From the NCBI GenBank assembly GCA_035307265.1, contig DATGMT010000081.1:1-52370 (forward strand): DNA of 52,370 bases, written 5' to 3'. Shown one piece after another: positions 27,901 to 37,413 of this stretch. Position 1 is the first letter of the stretch. The number at the start of each line of letters is the position of its first letter. The position numbers were made by a program, and so were the translations under genes. This DNA is from Aequorivita sp. Its GTDB lineage: Bacteria > Bacteroidota > Bacteroidia > Flavobacteriales > Flavobacteriaceae. The notes under the pieces were generated by a model, which was given only the letters and a program-made list of their open reading frames with translations, was not told the origin of the DNA and did no database searches.

Positions 27901-28471
27901 CACGAATAGTTGCTTCTTTAATTTGAGGAAGTAATTCAATTTTATCTTGAAGGTATTTAGCATAGTCATTTAGACGTTGAATCGGGTAATCTCCGGTAAG
28001 GTTGAGGTTTAGAATTGGGAATTCCTCAGAGAAATTTAGTTCGAAAACGTTTGGTTCTACTTTAGCACCATTGGTGAGAACGGGCCAAGTAGTTTCAGCT
28101 TTTACTTGATCGACTTTATCTTTTACAAGTTGTTTTGCAACAGGTATTTCTACAGTTTCTTCAAATTCAACAATAATAATAGAGTAATCCTGAAGCGTAG
28201 TGGATGTAATTTCTTTTACACCTGCTACGTTTTTGAATTCCTCCTCTAAGGGTTCTGTGATGAATTTTTCAATGTCTTCAGCAGAGTTTCCTGGGTTGAC
28301 CGAACTCACATAGATTTTGGTCTCTATAATCTCTGGGAAAGCTTCTCTTGGCATACTATAATAGGCAAAAGCACCTAAAAATAGGATGATGGCCATAATG
28401 ACATAAACCGTCATCTTATTGTTGATGGCCCAAGAGGAAATACTAAATTCTTTATATGGATTTTTGCTCAT
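24974..28471 (-). CDS. RND efflux transporter permease (AcrB/AcrD/AcrF family)
   Basis: 1165 aa, two large periplasmic domains, GMLVDNGIVVVEN (TM4), SRLRPVLLTAITT (TM11). Confidence 0.95.
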   Translation of the reverse strand: MSKNPYKEFSISSWAINNKMTVYVIMAIILFLGAFAYYSMPREAFPEIIETKIYVSSVNPGNSAEDIEKFITEPLEEEFKNVAGVKEITSTTLQDYSIIIVEFEETVEIPVAKQLVKDKVDQVKAETTWPVLTNGAKVEPNVFELNFSEEFPILNLNLTGDYPIQRLNDYAKYLQDKIELLPQIKEATIRGVDDKEVEVAVDIYKMSASQVSFDNIINAIKGENVTISGGNIITHGVQKNIRITGEIKDPKELEKVVVKRDDGVIFLKDIASINFQEKDATTYAREAGEPVVMLDIKKRAGKNMIEAVDDIKELIKYEQENYLPQGLDISLTNDQSIKTENQVNDLVNNIIFGVILVVLVLMFFLGFRNALFVGFAIPLSMLMALSILSALGFTLNTMVLFGLVMGLGMLVDNGIVVVENVYSLMSSGMSRKKAALQGMGEIAWPIIASTATTLAAFFPLGLWPGTIGKFMVYFPITLSVVLSSSLFVALIINSVLTSEFMKVEEEPLTRKKLVRWSLILLGVGGILLVSGFIFDIAAFRGFGNLAILAAILLWIYKYILAGAVEYFQFKSLKKLEDAYERTLKFALKGRMVYVFFFGTITLLFISFILVGIAQPKVLFFPENEPNQIITYIEYPQGTDIEKTNELTKKVEERIYEAISKYDDNGYNFMVESAISQVGQGAGNPMADGGQSDDMPQKGKVTLSMRDYQLRRGIKSSDVLEEVREAVKGFPGVSIIVEKDAAGPPVGYPINMELRGDDYDEMLRTAEDIRTFIEGSGIAGIEELKIDVNKNKPEMNISVDREKAGQLGISSGQIGQTLRRAIFGEEASTFKEDDEDYEINVRLADEYRYNESILFNQPITFRNNQGKIVQVPISSVISKVNTASFSSIKRKNLKRTITLYSNVLGDYNGNQIVNDLKAELQNYELPRDVVLAFTGEQEKQEDNMSFLVLALFFALGGILLILVAQFNSISKPIIILSSVVLSLSGVFFGMVVFQMEFVIIMTMMGIISLAGIVVNNAIVLIDYTQILIDRKKYELEMDAEDMLTKRQYFELVVEGGKSRLRPVLLTAITTVLGLIPLAIGFNIDFFGLFTDYSPNIYIGGDNVIFWGPLAWTVIFGLVFATFLTLVVVPVMFYLVNRAKIKNYKRKRMKEIMKLKAKQATSSERIS

Positions 28472-28485
28472 AGCGCAAAAGTTTC

Positions 28486-29649
28486 TTAGTTTTTGATAGT
28501 TACTTTTTGTCCGTCACGAATGTTTTTCGCGCCCTCCAATATAATTGTGTCTCCTTTTGCAAGTCCAGATTTCACTTCTGTGTGATTTGCATAGGATAAA
28601 CCTGTTTGAATGATGGTTCTTTTTGCCTCTCCAATCGAATCGTTTATTGGCTTATATATAAAGGCAATAGTTTCTCCCGCAGAGTTTTCTTGTAGCACGT
28701 TTTCAGGAACAGTGATGGCATTCTCTGCTTGGTAATCGTTCACTTTTACTGTTGCTATTAGGTTGGGCTTAACCAAACCATCTTTGTTAGGAATTTCAAT
28801 TTGTATGTCGAAACTTCTGTTGTTTGGATTGATGTAGTTTCCAACTTGCCTTACAGTTCCTGTAAACTCTTCATTAATTGAAGCAAGACTCACTATTACT
28901 TGTGTTCCTTTTGTGATGTTTTTCAAATAGGTTTCAGGAATTGACGCTTTCACATACATATTGCTCAAGTTAACCAATCTGATGATAGGAGTTTGTCCTG
29001 GAGAAACAACTTGTCCTGGGTCTGCCATCAAGTCGTCAACAATACCACTAAAAGGAGCTGTTATAATTGTTTTAGAAAGTTGTGCACGTAGTTGCTGGGT
29101 TGCATTTCTTGCAGCTTCATAATTGGTTTTAGCTTGTAGATACTGAATTTCTGAACCAATCTTTTGGTTCCATAAACGTTCTTGTCGCTCAAAAGTAGTT
29201 TGTGCTAAAGCTAGTTGTGCTTCTTGTTGTGCTACTTGACTAGAAAGACCCCCATCGTCTATTTTAGCCAAGCGCTGACCTTTTGAAACTCGTTGTCCTT
29301 CTTTTACGAATATATTGGTTAATACTCCAGAATATTCTGCATTTAGAACCACATTTTGATCTGTTTCAACATTCCCTTGTACTTCTACATAATGTTTGAA
29401 TATAGTATCGCTAACCACTTCGGCAGTTACTAATGCAGGTCGCTCATCTTTTTCGTGAGATTCTATATAGGCATTTAACTTTTCTAAATCGCTTTTAAGA
29501 TCTCTTTGTTGTTGGTTTAGTTCAGATCGCTTTTCCTTAATAGCTGAAAGATCACCCGATTCTAAAATAGCATCAACAGATTTATGGTTGCCGCCACAGG
29601 AAGCTAAAGTGGCAGTGATGGTTAAAAGTATTATGATTAGTTTTTTCAT
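28486..29649 (-). CDS. RND periplasmic adaptor (membrane fusion) lipoprotein
   Basis: LASC lipobox, VKEGQRVSKGQ lipoyl-like motif, coiled hairpin, ITAPFSG. Confidence 0.93.
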   Translation of the reverse strand: MKKLIIILLTITATLASCGGNHKSVDAILESGDLSAIKEKRSELNQQQRDLKSDLEKLNAYIESHEKDERPALVTAEVVSDTIFKHYVEVQGNVETDQNVVLNAEYSGVLTNIFVKEGQRVSKGQRLAKIDDGGLSSQVAQQEAQLALAQTTFERQERLWNQKIGSEIQYLQAKTNYEAARNATQQLRAQLSKTIITAPFSGIVDDLMADPGQVVSPGQTPIIRLVNLSNMYVKASIPETYLKNITKGTQVIVSLASINEEFTGTVRQVGNYINPNNRSFDIQIEIPNKDGLVKPNLIATVKVNDYQAENAITVPENVLQENSAGETIAFIYKPINDSIGEAKRTIIQTGLSYANHTEVKSGLAKGDTIILEGAKNIRDGQKVTIKN

Positions 29650-29760
29650 TTTGTTAGTTTAGGTTGATGGGTTTTGTAAAGTAGTTTGTTTTTGTAGCGT
29701 TAATTATATCGCGATAATTGCTGCTCTTTATTTGTGTATTCAATTTTTTCTGTTCAACTA

Positions 29761-31134
29761 TTAATTGGTGTTTTTCACTTCATCTGCACTAACTCTAAGC
29801 TTAGGAATGTTTAGAACTGTTTCCAAGTTTGCTTTCTCATTTATCACATTTAACATGGATTGAAAGTACTGTTGTTGTGCAGTATATAATTGTGTTTGTG
29901 CTTGGCGCAAATCAAAACTACTCGAAATTCCTTCTGTGAATTTTGTTTGGTTTTTGCTTTCAATGCGTTCTGCTAACTCTAGGTTTCGCTTTGAATTTTC
30001 ATAATTATCAATCGCAAATTGGTAGTTACTTCTAGCAGTAGTTAAATCAAGTTTTATTTGTTGTTCGGTTTGTTCATAATCAGTTTTGGCTTGTTCTAAA
30101 GCAATTCGAGCTCTTTGAGTGGAAGCACTTCTAAGGCCACTGCTGAAAATAGGGATGCTAAGATTTATACCTAAAACTGAAGATTGATACCATTTTTGAT
30201 CGCCATTAAAAAATGTGAAATCTTGACTGTTTGCTGAGGTTCCATAATTTATAAATGCAGATAGTCTTGGCAATGCTTTAGTCTGTTCTAATTGCATTTC
30301 AAAAGTTCGCTGTTGTATTAGATTATCGGCAATCTTAAAATCTACGTTTTGGTCGAGGTTTAATGATGCATCTAATATAGAAAGGTCTATATTTTCTTCT
30401 GCCAACGTGTTAAGGTCGTCTGTAAGAATGGTAGGGCTTTCTACTGCTAAGCCTAATGCTAGATTAAACATTTGCTTAGCAATAGTAAGACTTCGCTTAG
30501 AGTTGTTTAATTGGTTTTCAATGTCGAGTAGTGTAATTTCTAGTTGCTCAACACTTTCTTCTTCCTCCATTCCATTCTCAAATATTTTTCGAGCTTCGTT
30601 TAAATTCTTCTCAAGATTGGTTTTGTTCTTTTCAAAAATATCGACTAATTCCTGAGCTAATAAAACACTTCCGTAGGCATTTATAACCCCTTTTCTAACT
30701 TCTAAACGCGTTTTTTCATTTGTGTTTTCAGAATATTCTAAAAAGGTTTTAGCTGCTTTAAGTCCCACCAAATAACTCCCGTCAAAAATGAGTTGATTTA
30801 AGGTTGCAACAGCATTCGCATTTTGTTTAGTTCCAAAGGTAAGCGGCATATAGCTGCCTGGCTCACCACCTGCAAACTCGCCTGGAATAAGGGTTACGGG
30901 TTGTTTTAGGTTGTTGTTGTAGCCAATGCTTCCGTCTATTTGCGGAAGTCCTTGTGCAGTAGTTTCCCATTTTTGCTTAATGGCTTTAGCAATCTCTCTT
31001 CTTGCATTAATAGAAGTGTAATTACTGTCTAATGCAAACTCAACGGCTTCTTCTAAAGTGAAGCTTTTTTGTTCTTGCGAAAAGCTCAATGTAGAAAACA
31101 ATATGAGGCTGAAAAACAATAGTTTATTGGTCAT
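29761..31134 (-). CDS. TolC family outer membrane protein
   Basis: Signal peptide, TLEEAVEFAL start, two OEP repeats (LPQIDG, LPRLSAF, LSIPIFS); operon context. Confidence 0.93.
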   Translation of the reverse strand: MTNKLLFFSLILFSTLSFSQEQKSFTLEEAVEFALDSNYTSINARREIAKAIKQKWETTAQGLPQIDGSIGYNNNLKQPVTLIPGEFAGGEPGSYMPLTFGTKQNANAVATLNQLIFDGSYLVGLKAAKTFLEYSENTNEKTRLEVRKGVINAYGSVLLAQELVDIFEKNKTNLEKNLNEARKIFENGMEEEESVEQLEITLLDIENQLNNSKRSLTIAKQMFNLALGLAVESPTILTDDLNTLAEENIDLSILDASLNLDQNVDFKIADNLIQQRTFEMQLEQTKALPRLSAFINYGTSANSQDFTFFNGDQKWYQSSVLGINLSIPIFSSGLRSASTQRARIALEQAKTDYEQTEQQIKLDLTTARSNYQFAIDNYENSKRNLELAERIESKNQTKFTEGISSSFDLRQAQTQLYTAQQQYFQSMLNVINEKANLETVLNIPKLRVSADEVKNTN

Positions 31135-31738
31135 CTGATAGGTTTTCTTTTATAAATTTACGTAATCTTATTAATCCTTTTTCGGTTACAATTCCTCTGA
31201 GGTGATATTCTAAATATTCGTCTACAATAAAATTAGATGAATATATTTTGGGCGAAAATAGGTCTTGATTCTTTAATCCGTTTATTCCCATGAAATAAAT
31301 TCGAGCTATAAAATCAACGTCTAGCGTTTCTCTATATATACCTTGTTCAATACCTCGTTTAATATTTCTAATGGTAGACTCCATCATCTTCTCAAAATGA
31401 GTTTCATAAATTTCTTTATTGATGTCTGGATAGTATTTTTCTAATTGAAATTGTGGCGAGTATTGATCGTCTTTTAATTCCTGCATGACAAACTTTTTTA
31501 TTTCGAAAAGCTCGTCTATCGGATTTAGATTTTGAGTGCATATCTCGTCAATACCTTTAGTAATAGTGTCTAGAACTGAAAAAGCACACTGTTTAACAAG
31601 TGAGGTTTTATTTTTGAAATGCGAATAAATTGTCTTTTTAGAAATGCCCATTTCTGTGGCAATATCATCCATAGTAACACTCTTGAAACCAAGTTTTAAA
31701 AACAATTCAGATGCTTTGTGAATAATTTTATCTTTCAT
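31124..31738 (-). CDS. TetR/AcrR family transcriptional regulator
   Basis: LFLKLGFKSVTMDDIATEMGISKKTIYSHFKNK HTH; overlaps the TolC gene start by 11 nt. Confidence 0.95.
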   Translation of the reverse strand: MKDKIIHKASELFLKLGFKSVTMDDIATEMGISKKTIYSHFKNKTSLVKQCAFSVLDTITKGIDEICTQNLNPIDELFEIKKFVMQELKDDQYSPQFQLEKYYPDINKEIYETHFEKMMESTIRNIKRGIEQGIYRETLDVDFIARIYFMGINGLKNQDLFSPKIYSSNFIVDEYLEYHLRGIVTEKGLIRLRKFIKENLSDDQ

Positions 31739-31746
31739 AACGGATG

Positions 31747-31789
31747 CAAAGATAAACCATAGGAAACTAACGAAACAATATAAGTTTCC
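31747..31789 (-). promoter_or_regulatory. tetR operon promoter with overlapping inverted-repeat operator
   Basis: TATCTTTG (minus strand) at 31747-31754; GGAAACT (31762-31768)-N14-AGTTTCC (31783-31789). Confidence 0.65.
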
Positions 31790-31891
31790 AAAGTTTTAAG
31801 GGTTTAACAGGAAGTTAACACGCTTCGATTTTAATAGGCATAACTGTGTGCAATTCTTTTGCTTGTTATACTTTTGCTGAAAATTTTTGTC

Positions 31892-32866
31892 ATGCGCATT
31901 TTAAGTAAGTATACTCAAGCAATCACGGATAGTCTTGAAGGAGCAGTGGCTCAAAAAAATCCAGATCAATTATACGAGCCAATTCGTTATATCCTATCCT
32001 TAGGAGGAAAGCGTATACGCCCAGCTTTAACCCTAATGGTGTGTGATTTCTTAGGGGATGATTTCAAAAAAGCAATTCCTGCTGCTCTAGCTGTAGAGTT
32101 ATTTCATAACTTCTCATTAATGCACGACGATATTATGGATAACGCTCCTTTGCGAAGAGGAGAAAAAAGTGTACATGAAAAATGGGATGTTAATGCAGCA
32201 ATTCTTTCGGGAGATGCTTTGCTAATTTTAGCATATAGATTTTTTGAAAAGTATGATGCCGGAACATTTAAGGCGTTGGCTGAACTTTTTAGTGAAACTG
32301 CAATTCAAGTGTGTGAAGGACAGCAATTGGATATGGACTTTGAAACACGTGAGGATGTAAGGGTAGAGGAATATCTAAAAATGATTGAACAAAAAACTGC
32401 CGTTTTATTAGGAGCGTCTATGGAGATGGGTGGAATTGTAGCTAAAGCTTCTGAAGAGGAAAACTCTTTACTATATGAGTTTGGACGAAACTTAGGGATT
32501 GCATTCCAGTTACAAGACGATTATTTAGACGTATTTGGAGATCCTGAAACTTTCGGGAAACAGGTTGGTGGTGATATCATCGCTAACAAAAAAACATTCC
32601 TATACTTGATGGCTCAACAAAATGGAGATGCTGCACAAGCAGAAGAGCTGGAGCATTTGTTTAGTATCACTCCTGCAGATCCAGCCGATAAAATCACTAC
32701 TGTTAGAAAAATATTTGTGGACTCCGGAGCGGCTTTAGCTACCAAACAAGTAATGGAAAGGTATAGCAACCATGCTTTCCAACTCTTAGAAAAAATGAAC
32801 ATTTCAGAAGATAAGAAAAGTGTTTTTAGAGCCTTTGGTAAGGACCTGATGGAAAGAAATGTCTGA
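31892..32866 (+). CDS. Polyprenyl diphosphate synthase (probably short-chain FPP/GGPP type); start revised to ATG 31892
   Basis: GGKRIRP, FSLMHDDIMD (FARM), KTA, FQLQDDYLD (SARM). TACTTTTG -7 element at 31869-31876 lies inside the longer ORF call. Confidence 0.92.
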   Translation: MRILSKYTQAITDSLEGAVAQKNPDQLYEPIRYILSLGGKRIRPALTLMVCDFLGDDFKKAIPAALAVELFHNFSLMHDDIMDNAPLRRGEKSVHEKWDVNAAILSGDALLILAYRFFEKYDAGTFKALAELFSETAIQVCEGQQLDMDFETREDVRVEEYLKMIEQKTAVLLGASMEMGGIVAKASEEENSLLYEFGRNLGIAFQLQDDYLDVFGDPETFGKQVGGDIIANKKTFLYLMAQQNGDAAQAEELEHLFSITPADPADKITTVRKIFVDSGAALATKQVMERYSNHAFQLLEKMNISEDKKSVFRAFGKDLMERNV

Positions 32867-33108
32867 GTTGTTTTTGAATAGAAAACCTTAAAAATATACT
32901 TAGCTATAAATCGTATATGAATCGATTCAATAAATAATTGACTTGACTTTATAGTGATTTTAAACGAAAACGATTATAAACACCTCATTCTCATTGGGAA
33001 TACTTTAAGGTTTATTAAGGTATAATTATCTAAAATCAATCGCTTGATTAGGGTATTTATTGTAGTTTTGTATCGTTTTACAAAATAAGACCCATTTGTA
33101 TATTTATC

Positions 33109-35880
33109 ATGGATAAATTCTCATTCCTAAACGCGGTTCACCCTTCGTATATCGCGGAACTTTACGAAAAATATTTACAATACCCAGACAGCCTAGAACC
33201 CAGTTGGAGAGCCTTTTTCCAAGGTTTCGATTTTGGATCTGAGTCTGAAGGACGAGCATTTTTCGACTCTTCAGAGCCTATTGACCCAGAAAAATTTGAT
33301 GTTGGCGCTATTTGTGCCGACGTAATCAAAGAGTTTCAAGTTGTGAAACTTATTGATGGATATCGAACTCGAGGACACTTGTTTACAAAAACAAATCCAG
33401 TTCGGGAGCGTCGAAAATATGAGCCAACTTTAGATATTACCAATTTCGGTCTTTCGGCTGAAGATCTCCAGCAAAAGTTTAGAGCAGGAGAAATCATTGG
33501 TATTGGAGAAGCAACCCTGGAGGAAATAATTAGACATCTAGAAAGAATCTATTGCGATTCTATCGGGATTGAATATATGTTTATTCAGAATCCAGATGAA
33601 ATCGACTGGATTCAGCAAAGACTAAACGCAAATGATAATCAGCCTAACTTCTCTAACGAGCACAAAAAACGAATTCTTGGAAAGCTAAACGAAGCGGTGA
33701 GCTTTGAAAACTTTCTTCACACAAAATATGTGGGACAAAAAAGATTCTCGCTTGAAGGTGGTGAAAGTTTAATACCTGCACTAGATGCTCTTATTGAAAA
33801 TGCTGCTGAAAAAGGTGTGGAAGAATTTGTAATGGGAATGGCACATAGAGGCCGTTTAAGTACACTTACAAACATCTTCGGCAAAAATGCTAAAGACATT
33901 TTTAGTGAATTCGATGGAAAAGATTACGCTATTGATATTTTCGATGGAGATGTTAAATACCATTTAGGTTGGACTTCCAAGAGAAAAACTAGCTCGGGAA
34001 GAGAAATCAACTTGAATATAGCTCCAAACCCTTCACATTTAGAGACTGTTGGTTCTGTAGTTCAAGGTATTGCAAGAGCAAAACAAGATGATCACCACCT
34101 GGAGCAACCAAATAAAGTGTTGCCAATTGTTGTGCATGGTGATGCCGCTATTGCAGGACAAGGAATTGTCTATGAAATTGTTCAAATGGCACAACTAGAT
34201 GGATACAAAACTGGTGGAACAATTCATATTGTAGTGAATAACCAAATTGGATTTACAACCAACTACCTTGATGCAAGATCATCCATATATTGTACCGACG
34301 TAGCAAAGGTTACTCTGTCTCCAGTTCTACACGTTAATGCTGATGATGCCGAAGCAGTAGTTCACGCTATTTTATTTGCTTTAGATTTCAGAATGGAATT
34401 TGGTCGAGACGTGTTTATTGACTTGTTAGGTTATAGAAAATATGGCCATAACGAAGGAGATGAGCCAAGATTTACTCAACCTAAACTTTATAAAGCAATT
34501 TCTAAACACAGCAATCCAAGAGATATTTATGCTGAAAAACTAATTGCTCAAGGCGTAATAGACGAGGAGTATCCGAAAAAACTAGAAAAAGAATACAAAG
34601 ATAAGCTAGAGGAAAGGCTCGAAGACTCTCGAAAAGAAGAGAAAACTGCTGTAACTCCATTTATGCAAGATGAGTGGGAGGGATATGAATATGCCGACCA
34701 AGAAAAGATGATGGAGGAAGTAGATACAACCTTCGACTTAAAAAAATTGGATGAAGTTGCTGAGGTAATTACTAAACTACCTGAGGATAAAAAATTCATC
34801 AGAAAGATTAGTAGACTTATTGAGTCTCGTCATGAAATGTACTTCGGAAGTAATAAACTAGATTGGGCTATGGGTGAATTACTTGCCTATGGTTCTCTCT
34901 TGAAAGAAGGGCATGATGTTCGAATGAGTGGTCAAGATGTGGAGCGTGGAACGTTTTCACACAGACACGGAGTGATTAAGGTTGATGACAGCGAAGAGGA
35001 AATAATATTATTAAATAAATTAAAAGGCGACCAAGGGAATTTCTACATATACAACTCTCTCCTTTCTGAGTATGGTGTTGTAGGATTTGATTATGGTTAT
35101 GCAATGGCGAGTCCAGGCTCTTTAACTATTTGGGAAGCACAGTTTGGTGATTTCAGTAATGGAGCACAAATTATGCTAGATCAATACATATCGGCAGCCG
35201 AAGATAAATGGAAGTTGCAAAACGGATTAGTAATGCTTCTTCCACATGGATATGAAGGACAAGGTGCTGAGCATTCATCTGCTAGAATGGAACGATACCT
35301 TCAGTTGTGTGCAACTAACAATATGTTTGTAGCTGATGTAACAACACCAGCAAACCTTTTCCACCTTTTCAGAAGACAAATGAAGGTGAAATACAGAAAA
35401 CCATTAATTGTATTTACACCGAAAAGTTTATTGCGTCACCCAAAAGTGGTTTCTACTAAAGAAGAATTCGCGAACGGTAGTTTCCAAACGGTTATCGACG
35501 ATATAGAAGTGAAAGCTTCTAAAGTGAAGTCATTAGTATTTGTTACAGGTAAATTCTATTATGACTTATTAGATAAGCGAGAAGAATTGAAAAGAGACGA
35601 CGTAGCGTTAGTAAGAATAGAGCAATTATTCCCACTGCCTGCAGAGGAAATGAGAAAGATAATGAAGAAGTATAAAAATGTTGACGATATTGTTTGGGCA
35701 CAAGAAGAGCCGCGAAACATGGGGGCCTACTCATTCTTGATGATGCATTTTGAAGAAGCTAAGAGCTTTAGAATCTGTAGCAGAAAAATGTATGCAGCAC
35801 CTGCAGCTGGAAGTTCAGTGCGTTCAAAAGCTCGTCATGCAAAAGTTATTGAAAGTGTCTTTGATAAAGACATGGAATAG
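33109..35880 (+). CDS. sucA: 2-oxoglutarate dehydrogenase E1
   Basis: KRFSLEGGE, GMAHRGRL, NPSHLE, HGDAAIAGQG, WEAQFGDF, LPHGYEGQGAEHSSAR. TAGTTTTG -7 element at 33063-33070. Confidence 0.98.
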   Translation: MDKFSFLNAVHPSYIAELYEKYLQYPDSLEPSWRAFFQGFDFGSESEGRAFFDSSEPIDPEKFDVGAICADVIKEFQVVKLIDGYRTRGHLFTKTNPVRERRKYEPTLDITNFGLSAEDLQQKFRAGEIIGIGEATLEEIIRHLERIYCDSIGIEYMFIQNPDEIDWIQQRLNANDNQPNFSNEHKKRILGKLNEAVSFENFLHTKYVGQKRFSLEGGESLIPALDALIENAAEKGVEEFVMGMAHRGRLSTLTNIFGKNAKDIFSEFDGKDYAIDIFDGDVKYHLGWTSKRKTSSGREINLNIAPNPSHLETVGSVVQGIARAKQDDHHLEQPNKVLPIVVHGDAAIAGQGIVYEIVQMAQLDGYKTGGTIHIVVNNQIGFTTNYLDARSSIYCTDVAKVTLSPVLHVNADDAEAVVHAILFALDFRMEFGRDVFIDLLGYRKYGHNEGDEPRFTQPKLYKAISKHSNPRDIYAEKLIAQGVIDEEYPKKLEKEYKDKLEERLEDSRKEEKTAVTPFMQDEWEGYEYADQEKMMEEVDTTFDLKKLDEVAEVITKLPEDKKFIRKISRLIESRHEMYFGSNKLDWAMGELLAYGSLLKEGHDVRMSGQDVERGTFSHRHGVIKVDDSEEEIILLNKLKGDQGNFYIYNSLLSEYGVVGFDYGYAMASPGSLTIWEAQFGDFSNGAQIMLDQYISAAEDKWKLQNGLVMLLPHGYEGQGAEHSSARMERYLQLCATNNMFVADVTTPANLFHLFRRQMKVKYRKPLIVFTPKSLLRHPKVVSTKEEFANGSFQTVIDDIEVKASKVKSLVFVTGKFYYDLLDKREELKRDDVALVRIEQLFPLPAEEMRKIMKKYKNVDDIVWAQEEPRNMGAYSFLMMHFEEAKSFRICSRKMYAAPAAGSSVRSKARHAKVIESVFDKDME

Positions 35881-36024
35881 ATTTTAAAAAATGATTTACT
35901 AAATTTAGAAGTTTAAAACCTTAGTAAATTATATAAAATCGAAATAAATAAGAATATTTTAAAAATTAAAACGATAAAAGAACCGCCTGCTATTAGTAAA
36001 GCATGGTTTAATAAATAAATAATT

Positions 36025-37257
36025 ATGGCATTAGAAATGAAAGTCCCATCTCCGGGAGAATCAATCACTGAAGTAGAAATTGCCTCTTGGTTAGTCGCTG
36101 ATGGGGATTATGTCGAAAAAGATCAGGCAATAGCTGAAGTTGATAGCGATAAAGCTACACTAGAACTTCCTGCTGAAGCAAGTGGGGTTATTACACTAAA
36201 AGCTGAAGAGGGAGATTTAGTTGCTGTTGGCGACGTTGTATGTATTATTGATACTGACGCTGAAAAACCTGCTGGTAGTGGTACCTCTGCCGATAAAAAA
36301 GAGAAGAAAGAAGAAGCTCCTAAGAAAGAGGAAGCTCCTGCAAAATCTTCTACTTCTGAAGAGGATAAAAAGAAAACCTATGCAACTGGTTCAGCTTCAC
36401 CTGCAGCCAAGAAAATTCTTGATGAAAAATCTATTCCTGCAAAAGAAGTAAAAGGAACTGGTCGTGATGGACGTATTACAAAACAAGATGCCGTAGATGC
36501 TAAACCATCTATGGGTACACCAGGAACTGGAAGTCGTGGTAGCGAAAGAAAAAAGCTGTCAATGCTTCGTAGAAAAGTAGCCGAGCGTTTAGTTTCTGCA
36601 AAGAATGAAACTGCCATGCTAACCACTTTTAATGAAGTGGATATGTCTGCTATCTTTGATATAAGAAGTCAATATAAAGAGAGGTTTAAAGATAAGCATG
36701 GTGTAGGGCTAGGCTTTATGTCTTTCTTTACGCAAGCTGTTGTTCGTGCGTTAGATATGTATCCAGAGGTTAACTCTATGATCGATGGTGATTATATGGT
36801 TAGTTATGACTTTAAAGATATTTCTATCGCTGTTTCTGGTCCTAGAGGATTAATGGTGCCTGTAATTCGAAATGCAGAAAACTTGAGCTTTAGAGGAATA
36901 GAGAACGAAGTTAAGAGATTGGCGCTTCGTGCAAGAGACGGGAAGATTACAGTTGATGAAATGACAGGAGGTACTTTTACCATTTCTAACGGTGGAGTTT
37001 TTGGAAGTATGCTTTCTACACCAATTATCAACCCACCTCAATCTGCAATTTTAGGTATGCACAATATTGTAGAACGTCCTATTGTTAGAGATGGAGGAAT
37101 TGTAGTTGCGCCTGTAATGTTTTTAGCACTTTCGTATGACCACAGAATTATCGATGGACGTGAGTCTGTTGGATTCTTAGTGGCAATTAAAGAAGCTTTA
37201 GAAAATCCAATTGAGTTGTTGATGGATAACGATATCAACCGTGCATTAGAGCTGTAA
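36025..37257 (+). CDS. sucB: 2-oxoglutarate dehydrogenase E2 (dihydrolipoyl succinyltransferase)
   Basis: Lipoyl domain EVDSDKA, E3-binding GTGRDGRITK, catalytic SYDHRIIDG. Confidence 0.98.
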   Translation: MALEMKVPSPGESITEVEIASWLVADGDYVEKDQAIAEVDSDKATLELPAEASGVITLKAEEGDLVAVGDVVCIIDTDAEKPAGSGTSADKKEKKEEAPKKEEAPAKSSTSEEDKKKTYATGSASPAAKKILDEKSIPAKEVKGTGRDGRITKQDAVDAKPSMGTPGTGSRGSERKKLSMLRRKVAERLVSAKNETAMLTTFNEVDMSAIFDIRSQYKERFKDKHGVGLGFMSFFTQAVVRALDMYPEVNSMIDGDYMVSYDFKDISIAVSGPRGLMVPVIRNAENLSFRGIENEVKRLALRARDGKITVDEMTGGTFTISNGGVFGSMLSTPIINPPQSAILGMHNIVERPIVRDGGIVVAPVMFLALSYDHRIIDGRESVGFLVAIKEALENPIELLMDNDINRALEL

Positions 37258-37283
37258 CATACTCTATATTATATAGTGACAAT

Positions 37284-37314
37284 AAAAAATCCGACTCAAC
37301 GAGTCGGATTTTTT
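37284..37314. terminator. Bidirectional intrinsic terminator after sucB
   Basis: AAAAAATCCGACTC-AAC-GAGTCGGATTTTTT. Confidence 0.9.
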
Positions 37315-37413
37315 GGTTAGTTAGTTGATGTGTTTTTCAAAAAAGCTATGCTTTATTTTGTTCTGCAAATATGAGAGACTTGTTTGTTAATTACAATACG
37401 TGTTGTCACGTAT

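Noticed and set aside
32961-32980. CGAAAACGATTA upstream of sucA as a LacI/CRE-like operator
   Set aside because: Poor dyad symmetry and a single instance; cannot be supported without comparative data.
35894-35930. TTTACTAA…TTAGTAAA inverted repeat between sucA and sucB
   Set aside because: Entirely AT-rich, weak stem that is plausible by chance.
36221-37238. Alternative-frame and antisense ORFs within sucB
   Set aside because: By-products of the low-complexity linker and codon bias of sucB.
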